Position numbers and translations under genes: made by a program. This document shows, piece after piece, positions 47,742-56,922 of a DNA stretch of 64,000 bases. Under the pieces are notes generated by a model, which did not search any database, was not told the origin of the DNA, and worked only from the letters and a program-made list of their open reading frames with translations. The DNA is from a virus. Lineage: Duplodnaviria; Caudoviricetes. How positions within the stretch are numbered: position 1 is the stretch's first letter; the number at the start of each line of letters is the position of its first letter. The stretch covers positions 61,861 through 125,860 of the IMG/VR virus record IMGVR_UViG_3300017909_001085; one strand, given 5' to 3'.

Positions 47742-48306
47742 AATCTACATCACTATTTAGATTGTACCAGTCTGGTACGTTGCGTTTACTCCACACTGCA
47801 AAGGTCTTTTTTGCCTCACGATAAAAGTTACGATATGCTTTGATGCTGTCGCCTTCTACCATACACTGCGGAAACTGTTTCATTGCTTGAGGTGGTTCGA
47901 CAAAAGGTTTGTCTGCAATGTTCATTGGAGGTGTTGCTAAAATTTCATTGAGTAAATCGTAACTTTTGTGGGAGTGCCCGTAGCGATGTACGAACTCTTT
48001 ATGAAGTTCAGTCCAGAGTGAGTACAACCACTCATAATGAGAACGAGACTGACGCACCCAAACACCCGAAGGATGATTGACATGACACGCTTTGTATATG
48101 ATGTTCTCATAGTTGTCTGATAGTCTCCATCGTTTTACTCTACGACCAGTCTGTGATTTACCTATGTACTCATCGCCGTCTAAGACCCTGTGGGCGGTTG
48201 ACATAAGTTGAGCATACTCTACAAGCATCTTTGACACATGCTTGTCTACATGCCACTCAGCGCAGGTTTTAGGGTCATTGTGTAGATAGAAGATATTCAT
48301 ATTCAC
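47728..48306 (-). CDS. Pyrimidine-dimer DNA glycosylase-like (DenV-related) protein
   Basis: MNIFYL...A..H.DKHV.KM..E.AQL.STAH, H.NHP...W and AYR.FY motifs. Confidence 0.75.
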   Translation of the reverse strand: MNMNIFYLHNDPKTCAEWHVDKHVSKMLVEYAQLMSTAHRVLDGDEYIGKSQTGRRVKRWRLSDNYENIIYKACHVNHPSGVWVRQSRSHYEWLYSLWTELHKEFVHRYGHSHKSYDLLNEILATPPMNIADKPFVEPPQAMKQFPQCMVEGDSIKAYRNFYREAKKTFAVWSKRNVPDWYNLNSDVDYANI

Positions 48307-48362
48307 CTCTGTATCATATATGTTACATTATATAGTCTTATGCTCTATATGTAAAGCATTAT

Positions 48363-48617
48363 TTACATACGCTCTTCAAGTTTCTTCTGTAATTTTCTCC
48401 AGCGTTTGACTGCTTCTTTTTTCATACGCTGTTTTTTCTCAGATGGTTTTTCATAATGCTTACGCATCTTGAGTTCTTTGAGAACACCTGCTTTTTGTAC
48501 CTTCTTCTTGAAGATACGCATTGCTTTCTCTAAGTTACCGTCTCTAACAGTAACCGTTAACCCACCATCTCTAGCAGGTTTTTCTTTTCTTGTATGTCTG
48601 TAGTTTTTATAAGTCAT
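48363..48617 (-). CDS. rpsU: Ribosomal protein bS21
   Basis: V.VR.GNLEKAMR.FKKK..KAG..KE...R.HYEKPSEKK. Confidence 0.9.
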   Translation of the reverse strand: MTYKNYRHTRKEKPARDGGLTVTVRDGNLEKAMRIFKKKVQKAGVLKELKMRKHYEKPSEKKQRMKKEAVKRWRKLQKKLEERM

Positions 48618-48623
48618 AATGTC

Positions 48624-48652
48624 ACTATACTCTATACTTGTGCTTTTGTCAA
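48624..48652 (-). promoter_or_regulatory. Sigma70 promoter for bS21 (leaderless geometry)
   Basis: TTGACA-17-TATAGT, then 6 nt to ATG. Confidence 0.72.
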
Positions 48653-49282
48653 TAGTGGTTCTTCATATTTACCGAAATTCATGGCAATAGTCATTCTATC
48701 TTTTTCCAAATCAAACTCTGTCATTTTTTTTCTTATATAAGGTACTGTGTGCAACATGTAACCAGGAAAGATTACAAGTGTACCTGTCTGTGCGTATGCC
48801 TCGTATGCTCTCTTAGTGACTTCAGTTACATCACAAGCATCATAATGATTATGAAAAGTATGATGATTAGGATTTAAGAATAGAGTAGGTGTCAAATCAT
48901 TAGTAGCATAATAGATAGCACACACTTCATGATTACCGTGATTGTGTGCTTCTTGAAAATGATGTCCTTCAATATATCTGTTGAACCACATTTGAGTAAT
49001 CTTATTCGGTAGATGTGGTTTATACCAACCAACTTCTACCATATACTGATTTACATGTGTCTCTACAGTTTCAATAAATTCTAAATTATCTCTAGCAAAC
49101 TGAAGATTAACTTTTTCATTTTCAAATGAAGTTATAAGTTTACAATCCCAGAAATTACTTGCACTGTTTTCATCTATAGTTTCTGATAGTTCATAAACAG
49201 ATTTTACAATACTATCATTATTCACCTCATCACTTATATCCAACCTTGCAATCGGATGAGGAAACACATAATCTATTTGCAT
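48632..49282 (-). CDS. Putative 2OG-Fe(II) oxygenase
   Basis: WFNRY..QEAHNH, IFPGY.LH.V and RMTIA.N motifs. Confidence 0.8.
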   Translation of the reverse strand: MQIDYVFPHPIARLDISDEVNNDSIVKSVYELSETIDENSASNFWDCKLITSFENEKVNLQFARDNLEFIETVETHVNQYMVEVGWYKPHLPNKITQMWFNRYIEGHHFQEAHNHGNHEVCAIYYATNDLTPTLFLNPNHHTFHNHYDACDVTEVTKRAYEAYAQTGTLVIFPGYMLHTVPYIRKKMTEFDLEKDRMTIAMNFGKYEEPLLTKAQV

Positions 49283-49296
49283 AACATAATCCTCAA

Positions 49297-49923
49297 CTAA
49301 ATTTTATCTATATTATCATCATCTTCTTTAAGTAAATTTGTGCGTACTCGTTTCTGGTCAGAAGGTATGGTACCATCTAATCGTCTAACAACTCTATATT
49401 GGTCAACAGTTAAAACTTCTTTGACGCCCATGTAATCTTCATCCATCCACTTTACAGAAATAGTCCAGTCAGTAAAACTTCTTACATGAACTACTTGTGC
49501 TAGTAGTTTATGTTTTCTTTTATTATTAGGAAAATATCCTTCTACAATATCTCCCGGAAACAATTTAGAATTCTTTGGGTACTTCTTGTTGCCATACCAT
49601 ACATGAGTTACACTGTCATCTTCTTCATCTTTATAGATGAATTGAAGACCTTGTTTTGCTAGTTCTGCATCTGAAGGTATTAAACCTTCCTCTCTCATTG
49701 CCTTATATCTTTTTCTTGAAATTTCAGGCGGTGTGTCTGGCATTCTAGTAGTGGCAATATCAGCATTTGACAACTTGCCCATCTTGCTTACAATATCATC
49801 ACGATTTATGTCACCAAATCTGCTACCGCCAGTAATGAAAGTATATGTGCCGTCAGCATTCATCTTTCGTTTTGTTTTGGTATAATCAGATACGGTCTGT
49901 GGGTTTTTTATTTCCTCTGCCAT
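49297..49923 (-). CDS. Hypothetical late protein
   Basis: GAGGA RBS; TATAAATA at 49950-49957. Confidence 0.65.
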   Translation of the reverse strand: MAEEIKNPQTVSDYTKTKRKMNADGTYTFITGGSRFGDINRDDIVSKMGKLSNADIATTRMPDTPPEISRKRYKAMREEGLIPSDAELAKQGLQFIYKDEEDDSVTHVWYGNKKYPKNSKLFPGDIVEGYFPNNKRKHKLLAQVVHVRSFTDWTISVKWMDEDYMGVKEVLTVDQYRVVRRLDGTIPSDQKRVRTNLLKEDDDNIDKI

Positions 49924-50009
49924 TGTTTCCTCTCAAATAAATATAGTAGTATTTATACGATAGTTGGTTTTATAAATACTTTCATAGATATTTATAATCG
50001 GAGAATAAC

Positions 50010-50717
50010 ATGACTAAAAGATTTTCAGACATAAAAGATGATATCATCATAGAGCAAATTAAAGAACTTAATGAGGGTGTTTATGATCCGGGCATCTTCA
50101 AAGCATTCTTTCTAGCAGGTGGTCCTGGTTCTGGTAAATCTTATGTTCAGAAAAAGACTACTGGTGGTATGGGTCTGAAAGTTGTCAACTCTGATGACAT
50201 ATATGAAAAGATGCTCAAAGATGCTGGTATGGACACCACACCAGAAGATATCTATTCAGACAAGGGTCAAGAAATTCGTGGTAGAGCAAAAGCAACTACT
50301 AAGCGAATGCAGAGTAATTTCTTGATGGGTCGTCTTGGGGTTGTCATTGATGGTACTGGCAAAGACTTTGAAAAAATTCAAAGACAAGCGGCGGCACTAA
50401 AGCAACTTGGGTATGACACTTACATGATTTTTGTGAATACTTCAGAAGAAGTTGCACAACAAAGAAATCAAGCAAGAAAGAGAACACTACCTAGAGATGA
50501 GGTAACAAAGATGTGGAACGGTGTACAAAGAAACATCGGTGCATTTCAGCGTTTCTTCGGTACCAAAAACTTTATCATTCTAGACAACAACGGTCCTAAT
50601 GACGATGTGTTAGATATGGTCTTTAAGAGAGTTCGTAAACTAGTTACTACACCAGTCAAGAACTATATTGCTAAACAGTGGATTGCTAACGAGTTAGAGA
50701 AGAAAAGAAGGAGATAA
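50010..50717 (+). CDS. Zeta-toxin-like P-loop kinase
   Basis: FLAGGPGSGKS, VNSD, IDGTG and RN..R.R motifs; TATAAATA at 49971-49978. Confidence 0.75.
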   Translation: MTKRFSDIKDDIIIEQIKELNEGVYDPGIFKAFFLAGGPGSGKSYVQKKTTGGMGLKVVNSDDIYEKMLKDAGMDTTPEDIYSDKGQEIRGRAKATTKRMQSNFLMGRLGVVIDGTGKDFEKIQRQAAALKQLGYDTYMIFVNTSEEVAQQRNQARKRTLPRDEVTKMWNGVQRNIGAFQRFFGTKNFIILDNNGPNDDVLDMVFKRVRKLVTTPVKNYIAKQWIANELEKKRRR

Positions 50718-50728
50718 ATCTCCCTCTA

Positions 50729-50863
50729 TTATTTCTTATACCCATTTACTTCTGCTACTAATCGCTTTTCTAATTCTGCTAAAGTGAACTGCTGTTCACG
50801 ATATCGTAGTGGATTACCTGTATACAAGTCAATCGAAAAAAGTTTGTTTAGTAATTTAGTCAT
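50729..50863 (-). CDS. Small protein, 44 aa (missed by ORF track)
   Basis: MTKLLNKLFSIDLYTGNPLRYREQQFTLAELEKRLVAEVNGYKK; AAGGA RBS. Confidence 0.55.
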   Translation of the reverse strand: MTKLLNKLFSIDLYTGNPLRYREQQFTLAELEKRLVAEVNGYKK

Positions 50864-50914
50864 TTCTCTTTCCTTTATTCAAGATTTTTCTTAGAGTGTT
50901 AATCGTTTGAGGGT

Positions 50915-51118
50915 TCATCTTGGGTCCTTTCCTAGCATGATATTTTTTGCTTCTTCATGGTAACCCATTCTTGAAAGTTCTGATGCCGCTCTCGCACGAC
51001 CAACATTTTCGCCGAATGCCATAAAAGCAATGAATGCTCCAATCAAAGCAGTTCTTACTGATGCACAAAAAGTGCATGTGAATTTATATCCATAATCTAA
51101 TACGCTGTCAACAGACAT
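50915..51118 (-). CDS. Small protein, DUF1127-like
   Basis: GRARAASELSRMGYHEEAK; AGGAG RBS. Confidence 0.5.
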   Translation of the reverse strand: MSVDSVLDYGYKFTCTFCASVRTALIGAFIAFMAFGENVGRARAASELSRMGYHEEAKNIMLGKDPR

Positions 51119-51274
51119 TTATCTTACTCCTTTATGTGTGATGTAGTCATAATACTTGAGACAATCTTCATCTTCTAGATGCTCAGTATCTTGACGATAT
51201 TCTGTTCTGATATACCGAACAATATCGTTCGGATTTGGGGTATCGAATAGTTTATTATATAACCATTTTAACAT
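51119..51274 (-). CDS. Small protein, 51 aa (missed by ORF track)
   Basis: MLKWLYNKLF...IVRYIRTEYRQDTEHLEDEDCLKYY; abuts the next ORF. Confidence 0.55.
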   Translation of the reverse strand: MLKWLYNKLFDTPNPNDIVRYIRTEYRQDTEHLEDEDCLKYYDYITHKGVR

Positions 51275-51459
51275 TTTTTTTACCTACATTTGACGCACCA
51301 ATTCAGTCCTCATCATCTCAGACAAGACATATATAATAGTGCAAAGTTATGAAAGCGTACAGTGTTGCACTGCACGATACTATATATACTTTGGTAGTGC
51401 TTAAAAGGTCAGTGTCACTGTATCTTTTTTTGCATAACAGTTGTGACAAATTAGCATAA

Positions 51460-52131
51460 GTGGAGCATGAATTGAAAGTCAGATTAATTAGTTTCTCTCA
51501 GACGCAACAAGGTGAACTTTTTGTAGGTAACGATGTACAAGAACTTGTCGCTTATTGCGCTAGAGTTTCAAACCCCTCAAATCAAAGCAATAAAGAAACA
51601 TCGGCAAAACTGCTGAACTATCTCGCAAAGCATAAACACTGGTCACCTTTTGAGATGGTGTCTGCTTGTTTAGAGATTGAAACGACTAGAGACATTGCAA
51701 GACAGATTTTAAGACATCGGTCTTTCTCATTTCAAGAGTTCAGTCAGCGATACGCAAATCCAGTAGAAGACTTAGAGTTTGAGTTGCGTGAAGCAAGATT
51801 GCAAGACAAGACAAACAGACAGAACAGTATGCCTACAGAAAATGTAGAACTACATCATGCTTGGATTGAAAAGCAACAAGCAGTTATCGATGCCGCTAGA
51901 GATGCATATCAATGGGCGATTGATAATGATATAGCAAAAGAGCAAGCAAGAGTTGTACTACCAGAAGGCAATACAGTATCACGCATGTATATGAATGGTA
52001 CTCTTCGCAGTTGGATGCACTACATTGAACTTCGTGGTGCAAACGGCACACAACTTGAGCATATGCAGATTGCTCATGAAGTTGCAAAAGTCATAGCAGA
52101 AGTTTTTCCATTAGCGAGTGATTTAGTATGA
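51460..52131 (+). CDS. thyX: Flavin-dependent thymidylate synthase
   Basis: HWSPFE, RQILRHRSFSFQEFSQRY, EQAR.VLP and TQ.EH motifs. Confidence 0.95.
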   Translation: MEHELKVRLISFSQTQQGELFVGNDVQELVAYCARVSNPSNQSNKETSAKLLNYLAKHKHWSPFEMVSACLEIETTRDIARQILRHRSFSFQEFSQRYANPVEDLEFELREARLQDKTNRQNSMPTENVELHHAWIEKQQAVIDAARDAYQWAIDNDIAKEQARVVLPEGNTVSRMYMNGTLRSWMHYIELRGANGTQLEHMQIAHEVAKVIAEVFPLASDLV

Positions 52132-52694
52132 TTGAAGTAATGAGTTTATTTCCTAGTGCGATTGGTATAAAAGACACTCGCATTGACACTAGTAGAATGT
52201 TAGAAACCTGTCTGCAGATAGAGAGTGAAGACCACGGACTAGTACATGGTGAAGCAAAAAGTACTTATAGCACTGAAGTGAATATTTTAGAGCATTCTGA
52301 TTTTAGTATGTTGAAATCTGTAATCACATCTGAAGTAAAAGCATTCGGTAGACAAATAGGTATTGACATGAGTAATGTGAAGTTAGGTAGAAATTGGTTC
52401 AACATTCAAAAGCGAGGTTCTACTATCATGCAACATAATCATAGACGCTCAGTTATCAGCGGTGCGTTTTACATCTACGCAGATAGAGATGCCGCACCTA
52501 TCACCTTTGCTAACCCACTCATGGCACATAAAATGCATGAACCCACAATAGGTGGCAGTACAGACTATGATGTTGAGTTTTACAATATACCAGCAGAGAC
52601 AGGAAAACTAGTTCTGTTTCCATCTTGGTTAGAACACTATGTAGGATACAATAATTCAGACATGAGAGTTACACTTTCTTTTAATTTTTCTTAA
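52128..52694 (+). CDS. Putative 2OG-Fe(II) oxygenase (TIGR02466-like)
   Basis: HNH..SVISGAFY, LFPSWLEH.V and R.TLSFN motifs. Confidence 0.83.
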   Translation: MIEVMSLFPSAIGIKDTRIDTSRMLETCLQIESEDHGLVHGEAKSTYSTEVNILEHSDFSMLKSVITSEVKAFGRQIGIDMSNVKLGRNWFNIQKRGSTIMQHNHRRSVISGAFYIYADRDAAPITFANPLMAHKMHEPTIGGSTDYDVEFYNIPAETGKLVLFPSWLEHYVGYNNSDMRVTLSFNFS

Positions 52695-52811
52695 AAAAAA
52701 TCACAAGTCGTTGATATACAACAAAACTTTTTTTTACTTTTCCCTTGACATTATGGTAAATATGAGGTATTATGTATATGTAAGATGAGTTGAGAGAGAA
52801 AGGAAATCAAC
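52694..52811 (+). promoter_or_regulatory. Early promoter cassette, copy 1
   Basis: IHF-like site, TTGACA-17-TATTAT and GTAAGATGAGTTGAGAGAG leader; homologous to 60625-60750. Confidence 0.75.
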
Positions 52812-53240
52812 ATGGCATATATCTCCCAAGAAATGAAGAAAGAACTTGCTCCTGCGATTAAAGCAGTTGCTAAAAAATACGGCATGAAAGTTACGATTGG
52901 TATTGACCATCACTCTTCTTTAGTTGTCAAAATCAAAGAAGGTGCGCTAGACTTGATTGGTGCCGCTAACAAGCATCATGAACTTGAGAATGAGAAGCGT
53001 GGTTTCAACTACTTCGGTGGTGTTGGTGACTACTTCGACATTAACCCTTATCATTCTGCTAATTGGTACAAGGCAGTTGGTGCTAATAAAGAAGCAAACT
53101 TCGTTGAAGAGATGATTGCCGCAATGAAAGGTACTCAGTGGTACGATAACAGCGATGCAATGACTGACTACTTCGACACTGCTTACTACTTGTCACTGAA
53201 AGTTGGTCAGTGGGATAAACCTTACATTCACACTGCTTAA
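52812..53240 (+). CDS. Early hypothetical protein
   Basis: MAYISQE.KK and SD.MTDYFDTAYY..GQW.KPY motifs; strong RBS. Confidence 0.75.
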   Translation: MAYISQEMKKELAPAIKAVAKKYGMKVTIGIDHHSSLVVKIKEGALDLIGAANKHHELENEKRGFNYFGGVGDYFDINPYHSANWYKAVGANKEANFVEEMIAAMKGTQWYDNSDAMTDYFDTAYYLSLKVGQWDKPYIHTA

Positions 53241-53256
53241 TTGGAGACTATATATT

Positions 53257-53541
53257 ATGAATACGAATGTGAAAAATGTGATATCAGCATTGTCAAAGAT
53301 TGACAATCAAGATGATTTGAATGCGATTGCGAAAGCATGGAAAATGCAAATGAACTATATCGCTAATATGAACAAAGCAACTGTCAAAGTTGGTGACACC
53401 ATTACTTGGACAAACAACGGGTTCACCCGAGAGAGCATTGTTCAAAAAGTTAATCGTACAACTGTCGATGTTATAGACGCTGGTGCGACACCGTTCGGTC
53501 GTACTAAAACCCGAGTTCCACTTTCAATGGTGAATGCATAA
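53257..53541 (+). CDS. Early hypothetical protein (SH3/KOW-like)
   Basis: KVGD.I...KVNR..V; GGAG RBS. Confidence 0.65.
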   Translation: MNTNVKNVISALSKIDNQDDLNAIAKAWKMQMNYIANMNKATVKVGDTITWTNNGFTRESIVQKVNRTTVDVIDAGATPFGRTKTRVPLSMVNA

Positions 53542-53762
53542 TGATTAGAGAAAAAAATTATAACCACATTGTTTTTGACCTGACGGGTCCTCAGGGTAAT
53601 GCCTTCTTCTTGTTAGGTCAAGTTAAGTCTATCGGTGAGTGGCGTGGGTTCTCTGCTACGAAAATAAAAAACATCTGTGAAGAGATGACTTCGGGCGATT
53701 ATGAGAACTTAGTCAGTGTGTTTGACAATCACTTTGGTGACTATGTTATCTTGGAAAGGTAA
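53541..53762 (+). CDS. Early hypothetical protein
   Basis: DLTGPQGNAF.LLG...M.SGDYE.L...FD. Confidence 0.7.
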   Translation: MIREKNYNHIVFDLTGPQGNAFFLLGQVKSIGEWRGFSATKIKNICEEMTSGDYENLVSVFDNHFGDYVILER

Positions 53763-53943
53763 AAGGTTTTAATTTAATCTGAAAAGGGTACACCCTATAT
53801 AGTACTCGGCAACATGAATTTGAGAGTTGCCACGGTAATAGTAGCGGTAAAAGATATTTTTCATTCTTACCGTTACAAAGTATTGACAAGTGATGCTAGA
53901 CTGTTCTATAGTAATCACTCTTATCACAGACGCACAGGAGACA

Positions 53944-54162
53944 ATGATGCGCTATCTAAAGAAGAACGAAATGAATATGGATACACTTCCTTCATACAAC
54001 TTCAAGGGTTTTGTGTATGCACCCTCTACTCATGCTGGTAAAGTTTACCATACTGTCTATAAAGACTATCGGTACATTACCGACCTTCCTGGTCCGACAA
54101 ATGCTGTATTCTCTAAGAAAGAATTCATTGATACAATACTTAAACGAAAAAAATATTCATAA
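53944..54162 (+). CDS. Early hypothetical protein
   Basis: TTGACA-based promoter and AGGAG RBS upstream. Confidence 0.55.
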   Translation: MMRYLKKNEMNMDTLPSYNFKGFVYAPSTHAGKVYHTVYKDYRYITDLPGPTNAVFSKKEFIDTILKRKKYS

Positions 54163-54240
54163 AAGTGAAAAAAGTACTTGACAAATCTGTATGTATTTGG
54201 TATAGTTATAATGTAAGTTGAATAGAGAAGAGAGAAAATT

Positions 54241-54579
54241 ATGAAACAAGTGACTTCAGAACATATCAATGACTACCTCGACTTCATCATGGATGACTAT
54301 GTTATGTGGTGCGGTCAAGCGAATATCGGTTCGAAACAAATGAGCGAAACAAAGTGGGTCGCTGAAGAAGGTCGCAAGTATATCAAGATTGTTCATGAAA
54401 AGATGGGCGGTCAGCGGTCTGTTCATTCTTTCATTGTGAAAGAAGCGACAAAGAAGTTTGGTGTTGGTGATGTGCTTATGGCGGCATCATGGAAAGCACC
54501 TGCTACGAACTTTGCGAGAGCAACAGTGTTTGACACTGATAGTTTCGAAGGTCGTATTCGTTGGTCAGGAATTTGTTAA
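54241..54579 (+). CDS. Early hypothetical protein
   Basis: GRKYIKI..SVHSFI..GD.L.AASW.APA.N.AR; TTGACA-17-TATAGT promoter upstream. Confidence 0.75.
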   Translation: MKQVTSEHINDYLDFIMDDYVMWCGQANIGSKQMSETKWVAEEGRKYIKIVHEKMGGQRSVHSFIVKEATKKFGVGDVLMAASWKAPATNFARATVFDTDSFEGRIRWSGIC

Positions 54580-54591
54580 GGAGAGTTTATT

Positions 54592-54888
54592 ATGACACAA
54601 GTAGCAGTTATTCATTCAGCATTCGAAGAAACACCTCGCACTGTTGCGTTTGTTGAAGTTGGTGACCGTACAGTAGAAGATGCACTTGAGTTTGCATTTC
54701 GCTGGACACAGAATGTTTTTGACAGTTGGTCACTGAAGCATCCTGAAGATGGTAACGATAGTGTTACAGTCATGGGTGATACAAAAGGTGGAACTATGGG
54801 TATTCGTTCTACTTCAGTTGGTGACCAGATGTTGATTGGCACTACTAAGTATGTCGTTTCACCTGTAGGATTTGAGGAGTTAGAATGA
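54592..54888 (+). CDS. Early hypothetical protein
   Basis: TQN...SW and RSTSVGD motifs. Confidence 0.7.
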   Translation: MTQVAVIHSAFEETPRTVAFVEVGDRTVEDALEFAFRWTQNVFDSWSLKHPEDGNDSVTVMGDTKGGTMGIRSTSVGDQMLIGTTKYVVSPVGFEELE

Positions 54889-55085
54889 CGTTAGATGAAT
54901 TAGAATTGTATTTGGAAGAACTAGAAAGTCAAGTAGAACGCAAGATTGAGTGGACTTTGACTAATCACATTTCACTTGCTGATGCTAGACGTTACACTGG
55001 TTCTATGCAATTAACCATAAATGCACTGAAAGAAAAAGTAAAAGAACTCAAAATTATTGATACTTTTAACGAAGAAAGTGCTTGA
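54885..55085 (+). CDS. Hypothetical protein
   Basis: ATGA overlap; coiled-coil-like. Confidence 0.55.
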   Translation: MTLDELELYLEELESQVERKIEWTLTNHISLADARRYTGSMQLTINALKEKVKELKIIDTFNEESA

Positions 55086-55136
55086 CAAACTAATTATTAT
55101 ATGGTAAAGTATACCTATAATGAGAAAGGAAATGTT

Positions 55137-55460
55137 ATGAAAAAGATAATGTTTATTGCCGCCCTTGCAATGATGACTACGAATGCTACTGCTGGTGAGT
55201 GGAAACTCCCACAGAAGAGTGTTTTGAATGATAGCAATGTCGCACTTCAGTTTCCTGAAGAGTTGAACTACTTCTTGAAAGGCGGCATTGATTTGAACAA
55301 TGTTCTTGGCGCAGTGATTGCGACAACGATTGACCCTAGAGGTTATCATGGTAGTGCTTACCCTAACGGTAAGAGACCAAAACTAAATTACAAACTCGGT
55401 AATATGGGGACTGGTAAATGTTATGCCGATCCAAAAGGCAATGGTATCTACTGCCCTTAA
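55137..55460 (+). CDS. Exported hypothetical protein
   Basis: MKKIMFIAALA..ATA signal peptide; AAGGA RBS. Confidence 0.65.
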   Translation: MKKIMFIAALAMMTTNATAGEWKLPQKSVLNDSNVALQFPEELNYFLKGGIDLNNVLGAVIATTIDPRGYHGSAYPNGKRPKLNYKLGNMGTGKCYADPKGNGIYCP

Positions 55461-55588
55461 TTGCAGTGATGCTATCTGGTTGTGTTTCGACACCTGAACT
55501 AGTTGTAGATTTATACCAAAGTTGTAAGTATCGTAATGACTGTATAGGTGATAGAGTACAAGATTGGTGGAAAGAACATAGAGGTTGA
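55418..55588 (+). CDS. Small putative lipoprotein (missed by ORF track)
   Basis: MLCRSKRQWYLLPLIAVMLSG-C lipobox. Confidence 0.5.
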   Translation: MLCRSKRQWYLLPLIAVMLSGCVSTPELVVDLYQSCKYRNDCIGDRVQDWWKEHRG

Positions 55589-56114
55589 TATGGACGCACC
55601 ATGTGATTATGATAATCAAGTTGTATCTAACTGGCAACATACTATTGAACAAGTTGTCAATGTAGATAGAAAAGTTTTTCCTTATATAGATGACACTCGT
55701 AAATGCGTCATGAAGTTTGATGTTACAATTGATGGTGTAGAACATTACACTTCTGGTTCATATGTGTTCGGTCCTGATATGACAGAGAACGATGCTTGCG
55801 ACCAAGCAATGATAAAAGGTAAGAAAGAAATTATTCAACAAGTATCACCTGAAGTTCTTACAGCAAAGACAAACATGACTTGCAAAACTAAGACAGTTGA
55901 AGAACCAGTAGTGGCACAGTCTGACACATTACCAGCACATACACCAGCACCACAACCTGAAGTGAAGATTGTAGAAAGAGTAATAGTTCAAGAACCACAG
56001 ACTGTAATACGCTTTGTCCCAAGCAGTGGCAATAGTGGGTACATACAAACGAATCCAGTTGACAAAGCGATATCAAGTGTAGTAGATTTAATATTAGGTA
56101 ATAACAGTTACTAG
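55548..56114 (+). CDS. Hypothetical envelope-associated protein
   Basis: Cys-containing ORF in a cluster of exported proteins; start probably at MDAPC. Confidence 0.55.
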   Translation: MIEYKIGGKNIEVDMDAPCDYDNQVVSNWQHTIEQVVNVDRKVFPYIDDTRKCVMKFDVTIDGVEHYTSGSYVFGPDMTENDACDQAMIKGKKEIIQQVSPEVLTAKTNMTCKTKTVEEPVVAQSDTLPAHTPAPQPEVKIVERVIVQEPQTVIRFVPSSGNSGYIQTNPVDKAISSVVDLILGNNSY

Positions 56115-56122
56115 GAGTGATT

Positions 56123-56266
56123 ATGAAATATGTGATTGGTTTTCTTTTGGGTGCAGTTGTGATTTACAACTATCCCGAATTGTGGACGAACTTTGACCCT
56201 ATAGGTTGGTTCGTTGATAGTGGTCTTCGTGACCAGACTGTTGATATTCTAGAAGGAGCGAAATAG
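56123..56266 (+). CDS. Small membrane protein (missed by ORF track)
   Basis: MKYVIGFLLGAVVIYNYP..FVDSG.RD; AGGAG RBS. Confidence 0.55.
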   Translation: MKYVIGFLLGAVVIYNYPELWTNFDPIGWFVDSGLRDQTVDILEGAK

Positions 56267-56922
56267 TGAAACAGTATTTTATGATGGGTACCGCATGTCT
56301 TGCACTTGCGGCATGTAGTTCTAATGATGTGAAAGTTGCAAGCAATGCACCTCCTGGTACAGTTGATGTAGCATCGTATGAGTACAAGGCACAAGTTGTA
56401 CAAGATAATGTCAGTGTGATTCCTGATTGGTTTACAGAGATGCCAGAAAGCGACAAAGCAATCTATGCAGTCGGCACTACAGCATCACCAGACTTGCAGT
56501 TGTCTTTTGACATGGCAGTACTGAATGCAAAGACTACTCTTGCTGACCGCATCAATGGTCGTGTTCGTAGTCAGACTAAATCATTTATCTCAAAGATTGG
56601 TTCTGATGAAACTGATACTGCTGTACTCTCGGAGATTGAAAAGACTACTAGCAATCTAATCGCTGATGTTGATGTTGCTGGTTACAAAGTTGCTGAAAGT
56701 AAAGTTGTATCTGCTGGAACACAGTATCGTGTCTATGTACTACTTGAGTATTCTGATTTGCAAGCACAGAAGATTTTGTTGAACCGCTTGCGTAAAGACC
56801 GTATCTTGCTTTCAAAGATTTCTGCTACGAATGCATACAAAGAACTTGATGCCGCAGTAGAAGCACAGAATGAACAAGATGCAATTGAAAATAAAACTAT
56901 TACGGAGATATTGACACAATGA
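56266..56922 (+). CDS. LPP20-like lipoprotein
   Basis: LAAC lipobox; PDWF, YAVG...S.DLQ and A...AK..LA motifs. Confidence 0.75.
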   Translation: MKQYFMMGTACLALAACSSNDVKVASNAPPGTVDVASYEYKAQVVQDNVSVIPDWFTEMPESDKAIYAVGTTASPDLQLSFDMAVLNAKTTLADRINGRVRSQTKSFISKIGSDETDTAVLSEIEKTTSNLIADVDVAGYKVAESKVVSAGTQYRVYVLLEYSDLQAQKILLNRLRKDRILLSKISATNAYKELDAAVEAQNEQDAIENKTITEILTQ

